From Mollicutes bacterium (GTDB lineage: Bacteria; Bacillota_I; Bacilli_A; RF39; UBA660), in the NCBI GenBank assembly GCA_003559495.1, contig PWLE01000033.1, positions 1-38,051 of the forward strand: 38,051 bases of DNA, written 5' to 3'. Below, one piece after another: positions 9,406 to 17,699 of the stretch. Within the stretch, counting starts at the first letter, position 1. Every line of letters starts with the position of its first letter. A model generated the notes under the pieces. It ran no database searches. It was not told the DNA's origin and saw only the letters and a list, made by a program, of their open reading frames with translations. Made by a program: the position numbers and the translations under genes.

Positions 9406-9924
9406 TTAAATTATTTTCATAATTTTTTCTAGTTGTTTACGTTCTTTTTTTCGCACACCGCGAGCACTTTTATATCCGACACTAATAATTAATCGAATTC
9501 TTTTTTCATCAGGAATATTTAAAGCTTTTTTAATCGGTTTTTCATGAAAAAGACCTAACATACAAGTTCCTAATCCCATTTCGGTCGCTGCTAAACATAT
9601 ATAAGATGCCACAATACCAATATCAATTTTGGTATAATCTTGCACCTTAAAATTATTAATAACCCGCACCGGAATACAAGCATCTTGTTCAATTATTACA
9701 ATAAAAGCACCAGCCTTTTCATTAAACTTTTGCACTGACTTTGCTACTTCTTTTATTTTTTCATCACTAGAAACAATATAAAAGAAATAGGGTTGGGCGT
9801 TGCAAGCTGATGGTGCTAAACGTGCTTGCGCAATTATTTTTTCTAAATCAGCTTTCGAAACCGCCTTACCACTAAAATTACGACAGCTTTCTCTTTGGTT
9901 AATTAATTGGGAAAAGTTCATCAT
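9406..9924 (-). CDS. Nitroreductase family flavoprotein
   Basis: RESCRNF, ARLAPSACNAQP and DIGIVASYICLAATEMGLGTCMLG. Confidence 0.92.
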   Translation of the reverse strand: MMNFSQLINQRESCRNFSGKAVSKADLEKIIAQARLAPSACNAQPYFFYIVSSDEKIKEVAKSVQKFNEKAGAFIVIIEQDACIPVRVINNFKVQDYTKIDIGIVASYICLAATEMGLGTCMLGLFHEKPIKKALNIPDEKRIRLIISVGYKSARGVRKKERKQLEKIMKII

Positions 9925-9934
9925 TATCCCTCCT

Positions 9935-10798
9935 TTAAAATATCAAAAACAATAAAGTTAAAATTGTCAAAACAATTAAAATCAAAATATCTTCAGTATA
10001 CCAATAACCTCGTACATTATTATCATTATCTTTTTTTTGCGAAGCTGCTCTTTTTAGTTTCACCACTTGTTCTTGTATTTCTTTTGTTTTTTGATACTTA
10101 TTTTTAATCATTTCACCATCAGTACTGGTTGTTTTTAAAAGTAATGGCAATTGTTTTTCATATAATTTTTCTAACAACATATACATTTTGCTATCACTCA
10201 TAATAGGAAAATAAACAACTTGCAACTCGTTAGTAAACTCCTTTAACCAACGATCAATGGTTGCTTGATCAAAAGATTCTAAATGCTCTGTATTCAATGC
10301 TAATCCAAATTGACCTTTATAATGCTCTCGTTTTGCTATCATAGAAAATAAATGTTTTATTTGCTCTTTCTTATGACCAAAATTGTTTTTTTTATAAGGT
10401 TGATTTTCAATTAAAACTGTGGCATCCAATGCCATTAAAGATAATATTAAATCTACTAAATGGCCGATTATTTTATTTTTTTCAATTTCTGATAAGGGTT
10501 GGAAAGTTTTTAAATCACCTGGTTTAATAACAAAAACTAATGGTTCAGACTGCAAAACGGTAGCTAGTTCAATAATTAATTCCTTGTTAATAATAGTATT
10601 TTTTTTATCAAATTTAGGGGTTGGTAATTGAAAAATTAAATCTTGGGTTACTGATAAGTTAGTATTATGCAAAGCTTGCCGTTGAACCATTAATTGCACT
10701 AAAGAACAATTTAATTCTTTTGCTAATTGCAATTGTTGCAACCAATTAAAAGATTCCGCATTTAACGCTAATCCTATTACATTGGTCTTGGCAAACAT
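9935..10798 (-). CDS. Degenerate endonuclease IV / xylose-isomerase-like TIM barrel protein with a C-terminal transmembrane helix
   Basis: AKELNCSLVQL, VLIENQP..NNFGHKKEQI and GLALNTEHL echo Nfo motifs (LLEN.AG.G..G..FE, G.C.DTCH). Ends in ILILIVLTILTLLFLIF. Confidence 0.5.
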   Translation of the reverse strand: MFAKTNVIGLALNAESFNWLQQLQLAKELNCSLVQLMVQRQALHNTNLSVTQDLIFQLPTPKFDKKNTIINKELIIELATVLQSEPLVFVIKPGDLKTFQPLSEIEKNKIIGHLVDLILSLMALDATVLIENQPYKKNNFGHKKEQIKHLFSMIAKREHYKGQFGLALNTEHLESFDQATIDRWLKEFTNELQVVYFPIMSDSKMYMLLEKLYEKQLPLLLKTTSTDGEMIKNKYQKTKEIQEQVVKLKRAASQKKDNDNNVRGYWYTEDILILIVLTILTLLFLIF

Positions 10799-10823
10799 GA
10801 AACCACCCCATTACTAAACAATA

Positions 10824-11453
10824 TTAGTTTAGTTGCATCTCTTCCTTTAAACGCGTAAAAAAGTCATCTAAATATGCTTGGCGTTCTTTTCCGATTCGTT
10901 TTCCTTCTTTCGTATATAATTTTTTATCCATATTTTTTAAAGCAAGATCATATTCCATAATTGGGTTGTGTTTACTAACATCTTTAATATAACTACATTT
11001 AGGCATTTTATAATCTAGTGTTAGCCGCTGGCCATGTTGACCGGCAAACATAAAATTACGCGCAATCCCAACTGCTCCCATACAATCAATTTTATCGGCA
11101 TCAAACAATATTTTCGCCTCGATTGTTTTTGGTTCTTCAGCCGTTCTTTTGCGATGTGCTAAAATACAATGCTTTACTTCTTCGATTTTGACAAAGTTTT
11201 TTTCTTTTAAAATTGCCACCGCCATTTTCGCACCTTCAATCGCATGATCAACTTTACCGGTTTTATCTTTATTCTCTTTTTCCCTACCAATGTCATGTAA
11301 AAGTGCCGCCACTCTTAAAACTTCCATATCAACATTGCGTTCTTTGGCAGCGATTTGCAAACAAAGATTATACACACGCATAATATGTTCCCAGCTGTGA
11401 CTATTACAACTAATTTCTTTTTGCACAATCGCCATTATTTCTTGCTCACTCAT
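10824..11453 (-). CDS. HD-domain phosphohydrolase (YedJ-like)
   Basis: HSWEHIMRV, LLHDIGR, DHA, ILAHR and DADKIDCMGAVGIAR. ATGA overlap with the rnfB stop. Confidence 0.9.
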   Translation of the reverse strand: MSEQEIMAIVQKEISCNSHSWEHIMRVYNLCLQIAAKERNVDMEVLRVAALLHDIGREKENKDKTGKVDHAIEGAKMAVAILKEKNFVKIEEVKHCILAHRKRTAEEPKTIEAKILFDADKIDCMGAVGIARNFMFAGQHGQRLTLDYKMPKCSYIKDVSKHNPIMEYDLALKNMDKKLYTKEGKRIGKERQAYLDDFFTRLKEEMQLN

Positions 11454-11719
11454 ATTAAATTATTCCCCCGCAAATAAGCTTCCATCTCTCGTAGAGCATC
11501 ACCACGTAGCGGTTTACATTTTTGATATAACTGTGGATCATCAACCATCGCATCAGCCAAACCCTTACAAGTTCCATAACCACAAACACCACAATTATAA
11601 CCGGGCAGGAGCTTATCAAACTCATCACTTTTATTTTCTACTTTAAAACGATCGGCGACAAACAAAATTAAAAGTGATAATAATAATGCCGTTACCGTGA
11701 TAATAATAATACCAATCAT
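11450..11719 (-). CDS. rnfB: Truncated RnfB (TM helix plus N-terminal FeS domain only)
   Basis: TM helix, then LLPGYNCGVCGYGTC...CKP (RnfB N-terminal cluster motif). No downstream ferredoxin motifs. Likely start ATG 11719 (RBS AAGGGGTG), 89 aa. Confidence 0.8.
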   Translation of the reverse strand: MIGIIIITVTALLLSLLILFVADRFKVENKSDEFDKLLPGYNCGVCGYGTCKGLADAMVDDPQLYQKCKPLRGDALREMEAYLRGNNLI

Positions 11720-11826
11720 TTGCGACACCCCTTACAAAAATGACAATCACATTGTGTGTTGTTATTTATACGATACAATAAAATCGTAATAGCAATCATA
11801 AATAAAACTAATAAATATCCCATCAT
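11716..11826 (-). CDS. 36-aa membrane micro-protein with a Cys-rich tail
   Basis: MMGYLLVLFMIAITILLYRINNNTQCDCHFCKGCRK. ATGA overlaps with both the rnfA stop and the rnfB start. Not in the ORF track. Confidence 0.75.
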   Translation of the reverse strand: MMGYLLVLFMIAITILLYRINNNTQCDCHFCKGCRK

Positions 11827-12389
11827 AAGCCAAACCTACTAAAAATCATCGCCATAATACCCGCAATAATAAGGGCGATTGGCACACCTTGAAAACTAGC
11901 AAGCACCGGTCTTTGCGCCAATTTTTCCCGAATAGTCGCATAAATATAAATTAATATTGTAAAACCAAGCCCGCTTCCTAATATAAAAACAACTGTTTCA
12001 ATAAAATTATACTGATAATCAATCATCAAAAAAGCAATCCCTAAAACAGCACAGTTAGCGGCAATTAAGGGCAGGAAAATTCCCATTAATTCATAAATCT
12101 TAGGAAATTTTTTACGAATAATTATATTAATAGATTGAACAATAGAAGCAATTATTAAAACAAACAAAATTGTTCGCAAATACTCTGTCCCGGTCGGAAC
12201 TAAAACATAGTGATATAAAAAATAAGCAATTATACCACCAACAAACACGACAAAAGTAACTGATAATCCCATTCCTAAAGCACCTTTCTCCCTATGCGAT
12301 GTACCAATAAAAGGACAGATACCTAAAAACTTTGTTAAAATAATATTTTCTGTTAGAACACTAGCAATAAAAATACTAACTAGACTCAT
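11823..12389 (-). CDS. rnfA: Rnf complex subunit A
   Basis: ENIILTKFLGICPF and GIFLPLIAANCAVLG. Likely start ATG 12389. Confidence 0.93.
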   Translation of the reverse strand: MSLVSIFIASVLTENIILTKFLGICPFIGTSHREKGALGMGLSVTFVVFVGGIIAYFLYHYVLVPTGTEYLRTILFVLIIASIVQSINIIIRKKFPKIYELMGIFLPLIAANCAVLGIAFLMIDYQYNFIETVVFILGSGLGFTILIYIYATIREKLAQRPVLASFQGVPIALIIAGIMAMIFSRFGL

Positions 12390-13011
12390 GTAAATCACCC
12401 TTTATAAAAAATTTATTAAAAATAGCCAACAAAAAACCTAACGATAAAAATGCTCCCGCCGGGGTGGCAAAAATATTAAGATCCAAATTTACTGGCAAAA
12501 CTGTTATTATCCATTTATAACCTGTTATATTACTTAAATCATTCATAATCGTAATAGTATTATGAGCCAAGATTTCGCGCATTAAAGCAACCGCACTAAT
12601 AGTTAATGTAAAACCAAGGCCAATGCCAAGGGCATCTTGAACACTAACTAATACTTTTTCTTTACTAGCAACGGCAATTGCACGCCCTAAAACAATACAA
12701 TTAACGGTAATAAGGGGCAGATAAATTCCTAAAGTGGCATGCAAATCAGGAATAAATTCTTTTATTAACATATCAACCGTTGTCACAAAAGTAGCAATTA
12801 TTATAATAAACACTGGAATTTTAACATTTTCAGGAACCATTTTTTTAATTAACGAAACCGTTAAATTAGAAAAAAGCAAAACAAAAATAACACAAAATCC
12901 CATAATATAGGCACTTTCAAAAGTGTGTGAAACAGCTAATACCGGACATAATCCTAATAATAAAATAAAAACTGGATTTTGACTAATAATACCATCAATT
13001 ATTTTTTTCAC
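12376..13011 (-). CDS. rnfE: Rnf complex subunit E
   Basis: NPVFILLLGLCPVLAVS, LGIYLPLITVNCIVLGRA and PAGAFLSLG. Confidence 0.93.
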   Translation of the reverse strand: MKKIIDGIISQNPVFILLLGLCPVLAVSHTFESAYIMGFCVIFVLLFSNLTVSLIKKMVPENVKIPVFIIIIATFVTTVDMLIKEFIPDLHATLGIYLPLITVNCIVLGRAIAVASKEKVLVSVQDALGIGLGFTLTISAVALMREILAHNTITIMNDLSNITGYKWIITVLPVNLDLNIFATPAGAFLSLGFLLAIFNKFFIKGDLHESS

Positions 13012-13020
13012 AAATTCCTC

Positions 13021-13113
13021 CTAACTAATTAAAAGTTGCGTAAAATATATAATCACACCACATATTAAAGCCACTAATGTTAAAACCAAAACGCTTTTTT
13101 GTTTTTCACTCAT
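13021..13113 (-). CDS. 30-aa single-TM micro-protein resembling the RnfG N-terminal anchor
   Basis: MSEKQKSVLVLTLVALICGVIIYFTQLLIS. RBS GGAGGA 5 nt upstream, inside the rnfD end. The stop abuts the rnfE RBS. Sits in the canonical rnfG position. Not in the ORF track. Confidence 0.7.
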   Translation of the reverse strand: MSEKQKSVLVLTLVALICGVIIYFTQLLIS

Positions 13114-14506
13114 GATAATCCTCCAATACATTTCGTAAAATACTTTTTAAACTATCAGTTGTAATAGTAGCACTGCTAATTGTATCAACTTCTTCAAAAT
13201 CATCAGCCGCAATTAACTTTTCCACATAATTAGCATTTTCTACGCGCGCCCAATAACTTTCCGTTTGCGAGAGAATAACAAAATTAACCACTTCATCATT
13301 TTCTAAGATAACTTCAGCTTCAATCCACCCACTAAAACCTCTTTGCGAAACATGATATATCACTTGATTATCAACTTCTGCTACTTCATTAATTACAAAA
13401 TTAGCATCCTCATCTTTTTGATCAAAACCAGCGGCAACTAAAAAACTAATGCCGACAATTAAAATCCAAGCTAAAACAAAACCAGCCATTGATTTAGAAA
13501 AATTAAAACGAGCATAAAAACCAATTTTATCAAGAATAAACACTAATAAATTCATTGTCAAAATAGCAGTTAAAACGCCTTCTGGATAAGGGGATAAAAA
13601 TCGGAAAACAACCGTCAAAACACCTAAAAATAATCCAAACAATAACTGACCCACGGGTGTTGTCGGTGAAGTGACCGGATCGGTCGCCATAAAAACCGCC
13701 CCAAATAAAAGTCCACCACTAAAAATATGAAATAAAGGATACCAAGCACCAAAACCATGTAAAGTTCCAATCAAATAAGTCATAACAAATACCGTCGCCA
13801 CATAAGTAGTTGTTATGCGCCATTTAATCATACGATTAATAGCTAAGTAGAAAAAAGCCAAAATAATTAATAAAGCACTAGTTTCTCCTACTGAGCCTGG
13901 TATTGTTCCAATGAAAAAATCACTTAATCGACCATAAGGTTCCACTAAAGTTGCGTACCCGCCAATTCCTTCTACCTCCGTCGCCAATGGCGTCGCACCA
14001 CTAATTACATCCGCCTCATAAGGATTCAAATAACCGCCACTTTCAACAATATTAACTGAATAAATAGCCATAACAAATAAAACACCTAACAAGGCGGGAT
14101 TAAAAATATTATGACCAAAACCACCAAAAATTAATTTACCAATTGCCGTAGCTATAAAAGCACCTACTATTAAAATAAAAATTGGCGTATTTAATGGTAA
14201 AACTAAAGCAACAAACAAACCAGGCAGGAAAGCATATGATTTTTTAAAAGCCTCTTTAATATTTTGTTTGCGAAGAAAAAAGAAACTTATTTCTGTTAAA
14301 CAACTAGTTAAAACAGCAATTAAAATAAAAAACAAAGGATAAAAAATCATTATAAAATCATAATAACCCTCACGATATGGAATATAACCATTTTTATAAA
14401 TCGTAAAAATGATAATTGGCATTAACGCAATCAACAAATGATTCATAATTTGACTGGCGTTTTGACTATTTTTAATATAAGGTCCAGAAAAAGTTTTTAA
14501 GCTCAC
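13106..14506 (-). CDS. rnfD: Rnf subunit D fused to a C-terminal RnfG-like FMN-binding domain
   Basis: KLIFGGFGHNIFNPAL, flavinylation site DVISGATPL, GSVGETS and FMATDPVTSP. Then an extra TM and FMN-bind domain (GFSGWIEAEV...SQTES...VDTISSATITT). Confidence 0.9.
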   Translation of the reverse strand: MSLKTFSGPYIKNSQNASQIMNHLLIALMPIIIFTIYKNGYIPYREGYYDFIMIFYPLFFILIAVLTSCLTEISFFFLRKQNIKEAFKKSYAFLPGLFVALVLPLNTPIFILIVGAFIATAIGKLIFGGFGHNIFNPALLGVLFVMAIYSVNIVESGGYLNPYEADVISGATPLATEVEGIGGYATLVEPYGRLSDFFIGTIPGSVGETSALLIILAFFYLAINRMIKWRITTTYVATVFVMTYLIGTLHGFGAWYPLFHIFSGGLLFGAVFMATDPVTSPTTPVGQLLFGLFLGVLTVVFRFLSPYPEGVLTAILTMNLLVFILDKIGFYARFNFSKSMAGFVLAWILIVGISFLVAAGFDQKDEDANFVINEVAEVDNQVIYHVSQRGFSGWIEAEVILENDEVVNFVILSQTESYWARVENANYVEKLIAADDFEEVDTISSATITTDSLKSILRNVLEDYHE

Positions 14507-15738
14507 GCAATTTCCTCCTTTGCTCGTTGTACTTTATTACGCAAATTAATATTGGCAGGACAAACATAAGAACAAAGACCACATCCAACACACTTTTGCG
14601 GACGAAATTGCTTTAAATTATCAGTTGCCTCATTAATTAAAACTGGTGACAATTTAGCTGGACAAGCTAAAACACAAGCCCCGCAGCGAAGACAAGTTTC
14701 TTCTTTACACTCTTCTAAAGCAGTAATTATACTAACAGCCGTTAAATCACTACTGACTACTAATTCATAACTAGCAATGCTCTCCCCCATTAAAGGACCA
14801 TTGGCGATTAACATTTTAGAACCTTCTTCTAAGCCGCCTAAAAAATCAATAACATCACTAACCAACGTGCCATTTTTTACTAAAACATTAGCTGGTTTTT
14901 CTAATTTATCACCGCTAAAAGTAACCACTCTTTGTATAAGGGGCTGGTGATATTTTAAAGTTTCATAAATGGCATACATGGTCGCAACACCATTAACGAC
15001 AATTCCTTTTTCGATCGGATAATTTTTATATTTTTCTTTTTTAATTCGCCAAACTAAATCTCTCTCCCACCCCGAAGCATAATAATCAGGCACTTCTACT
15101 AATTTTAATTTAACATAAGTTCCAATATAATTTTTGATAATTTTTTTTATCAACAAATCATTTTTTTTAATTGCGATTATTCCTTCATTCATACCAAAAA
15201 TCTCCACTAAAGCATCCATTACCTCTAAAATTTCTTCACATTTGTTATTAATTAAAATTGCATCACTACTAGTATCTGGATCTGATTCCACGGCATTAAC
15301 AATTAATGTTTTTAAATCATTATCATATTTTACATAAGTCGGAAAGGCGGTACCACTTAATCCTACAACGCCACTTTCCTTTAACTTATTAATAACTTCT
15401 TCTTTAGTATAATCATATAATTGATATTCTTTATCATCTAACTGATCAACAAAATCATTTTCAATGACCAAGCATTTTACTTTTTTATTATTAAGATAAT
15501 ATTTTTGTTCAAAACCAAGCACCTTACCACTAATAGGAGCATGAAGGGGCACTTTTAAATCACCCTTGCTTTTAGCCACCATATCACCTTCAACAACATA
15601 GTCATCTTTTTTTACTAAAACCGTTATATCCTCACTTTTATGAGCCACAAGTGGCAAATAAACTTTATTAGGATTTAAATACTTTTTAAAAGGATAAATT
15701 TCCTTAATTGTTTTTTCTAAACGAATACCACGACTCAT
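14503..15738 (-). CDS. rnfC: Rnf subunit C (divergent)
   Basis: N-terminal LHAPISGKV, FPTYVK, SLBB region, two 4Fe-4S motifs (CLRCGACVLACP, CVGCGLCSYVCP). First gene of the operon. Confidence 0.88.
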   Translation of the reverse strand: MSRGIRLEKTIKEIYPFKKYLNPNKVYLPLVAHKSEDITVLVKKDDYVVEGDMVAKSKGDLKVPLHAPISGKVLGFEQKYYLNNKKVKCLVIENDFVDQLDDKEYQLYDYTKEEVINKLKESGVVGLSGTAFPTYVKYDNDLKTLIVNAVESDPDTSSDAILINNKCEEILEVMDALVEIFGMNEGIIAIKKNDLLIKKIIKNYIGTYVKLKLVEVPDYYASGWERDLVWRIKKEKYKNYPIEKGIVVNGVATMYAIYETLKYHQPLIQRVVTFSGDKLEKPANVLVKNGTLVSDVIDFLGGLEEGSKMLIANGPLMGESIASYELVVSSDLTAVSIITALEECKEETCLRCGACVLACPAKLSPVLINEATDNLKQFRPQKCVGCGLCSYVCPANINLRNKVQRAKEEIA

Positions 15739-15760
15739 AACTATACCTCCACTTTAATTC

Positions 15761-15769
15761 ATTATATCA
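15761..15769 (-). promoter_or_regulatory. Extended -10 promoter of the rnf operon
   Basis: TGATATAAT immediately downstream of the Clp-ATPase terminator. Confidence 0.55.
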
Positions 15770-15780
15770 TTTTTTCCATA

Positions 15781-15807
15781 AAAAAAAACAGCTAATTTTG
15801 CTGTTTT
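15781..15807 (-). terminator. Terminator overlapping the stop of the Clp-like ATPase gene
   Basis: AAAACAGC / GCTGTTTT inverted repeat followed by a U tract on the minus strand. Confidence 0.65.
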
Positions 15808-17546
15808 CTTGGCATTGTTTTTGTTTTTTGCAGTGTTTTTGTTTGATTTACCACAATATCCTCTTCAAAATCAATATCAAGTTGAGCATTTTTGTTTTCT
15901 AAATCTAATGCCATTAAAGGCGGAATAATGCGATCAGATAAAACTCGCAAAACATCACGCGCGCCATATTTTTCATAATTAATTTCCGAAATTAATTGTT
16001 CCAGCGCCGCCGGTTGCATATGAAATTGATAATCATAACCCCGTTCAACAAATTTTGCTTCTATTTTATCTAAACACATATCAATAATATCATAAATATT
16101 TTCTTTTTCTAAATGGCGAAAATAAACAATTTCATCAATACGATTAATAAACTCCGGTAACAAACGACTTTCAATCGCATCCTGATAAGCTTCCGCTTTA
16201 TTTAAATTATTGGCAAAACCAATCGGTGATTTACTTGCTTCAAAAGCGCCAATATTAGTTGTTAAAACAAAAATGACTTCACTAAAATCTATTTCCTTTT
16301 GCCGATTGTCACGTGCTTTTCCTTCATCAAAAATATGCAAAAAAAGATCTAATACTTGCGGATGAGCTTTTTCTATTTCGTCTAATAAAATTATAGCTTG
16401 CGGAGTATATGCTACGCGATCAAAAACTTTATTGTTACCATCATCATAACCAACATATCCTGGTGGCGAACCATGAATTTTACTAACACTATGTGATTCT
16501 TTATATTCACTCATATCCATTCTAATTAATTGATAATCAGCATATTTGCTAAGTAATTTAGCGGTTTCTGTTTTCCCAACCCCAGTTGGTCCAGCAAAAA
16601 GAAAAACTCCTTTCGCACCCGTTTCTTTTATGCCACTAAAATCCAAAACTTGCCAGCGACGGACAACTTGTTCGATTTGTGAATCTTGACCAACAATATT
16701 CTCCTTCAAATATATTGCCATTTTTTCAAAATCAATTTTTTTTGATTGCTCCCCTTCTGCTAATTGAAGCGGTTCTTTTTTTTGTAAAATTGGTTCTGCA
16801 TTTTCAAAGTTTTGCTCTTCATTCATTAATGCTTCATCAATCATTTCCCATAAATCTTCAATTTCAACTTCATTTTGATCAAAATTTGTTAACACCGCTT
16901 CAACAATTTCATCAATAAATTTTTGTTCTTTTTCTAAACTATCAAATAAAGAATAATGATATTGATCAGATTGTAATTCGGTAGTAAAAATTATTAATTC
17001 TTGACTGCCCAATATTTCTTTTTCATCCTCATTAGCATTTATGATATCAAGTAAACTTTCCATGTAACATAAGCCACCGATGCGAACTTCAATCGCCATT
17101 AAATCATTAGAACAATGATTTAAAGCCATCGTATCATATTTACAAATGTTAACAAGTTGCTTTTTAATTTTTTCAATTTTAGTTTTTCTTCTACTTATTG
17201 CTCTTGCTAAATTACTATCTAATCGCTTAATAATATCTTTAAAATCAACTGGCAATTCCTTTTTCTCTCCTAAATTAACAACACCATAATATAAATAAAG
17301 CAGTTGCGTTTGCAAACCGTAATGACCGAAATTTTTAAAATTGCGACGAAAATTCGGACATTCTTCATAATATTTTGTCATTAATATTAAAAAAGGATTA
17401 ATCTCAGCATCTTCTTGAAAGTACATTAAATTAAATATTTCATCTTTTTCGGTGAAATTACGCGCAATAATATTTCTTTCAATTCTTTCTACCGGAATAT
17501 TTTCCTTTTGTGCAAATGGCAATAACCTTCGATGTAATTCTTTCAT
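15792..17546 (-). CDS. Single-module Clp/Hsp100-type AAA+ ATPase (ClpA/B D2-like) with an unknown ~265-aa N-terminal domain
   Basis: IVGQ, Walker A GPTGVGKT, RMDMSEY, pore loop GSPPGYVGY, Walker B IILLDEIEKAH, TTNIG, IGF loop, PEFINRID and sensor-2 YGAR. No D1 module. Confidence 0.85.
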   Translation of the reverse strand: MKELHRRLLPFAQKENIPVERIERNIIARNFTEKDEIFNLMYFQEDAEINPFLILMTKYYEECPNFRRNFKNFGHYGLQTQLLYLYYGVVNLGEKKELPVDFKDIIKRLDSNLARAISRRKTKIEKIKKQLVNICKYDTMALNHCSNDLMAIEVRIGGLCYMESLLDIINANEDEKEILGSQELIIFTTELQSDQYHYSLFDSLEKEQKFIDEIVEAVLTNFDQNEVEIEDLWEMIDEALMNEEQNFENAEPILQKKEPLQLAEGEQSKKIDFEKMAIYLKENIVGQDSQIEQVVRRWQVLDFSGIKETGAKGVFLFAGPTGVGKTETAKLLSKYADYQLIRMDMSEYKESHSVSKIHGSPPGYVGYDDGNNKVFDRVAYTPQAIILLDEIEKAHPQVLDLFLHIFDEGKARDNRQKEIDFSEVIFVLTTNIGAFEASKSPIGFANNLNKAEAYQDAIESRLLPEFINRIDEIVYFRHLEKENIYDIIDMCLDKIEAKFVERGYDYQFHMQPAALEQLISEINYEKYGARDVLRVLSDRIIPPLMALDLENKNAQLDIDFEEDIVVNQTKTLQKTKTMPRKQQN

Positions 17547-17585
17547 AAAATCAAAAACCCCCCTCAGTTTTATTTAATAGCAAAT

Positions 17586-17614
17586 ATAATACTATATTTA
17601 ATGTTCATTGTAAA
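17586..17614 (-). promoter_or_regulatory. Putative SigA promoter of the Clp-like ATPase gene
   Basis: TTTACA (17609-17614), 17 nt spacer, TATTAT (17586-17591). Confidence 0.5.
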
Positions 17615-17623
17615 GCATTTCAT

Positions 17624-17660
17624 AAAAAAAAGCCCGAACAAAAAAAATTTCTTACTCGGG
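17624..17660 (-). terminator. Rho-independent terminator after the MBL hydrolase gene
   Basis: CCCGAGTAAGAA...TTTTTGTTCGGG stem (with G-U pairs) followed by a T8 tract. Confidence 0.75.
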
Positions 17661-17699
17661 TGATTTATTCCCTTTTATTATCACTTTATATTTTCTTCT

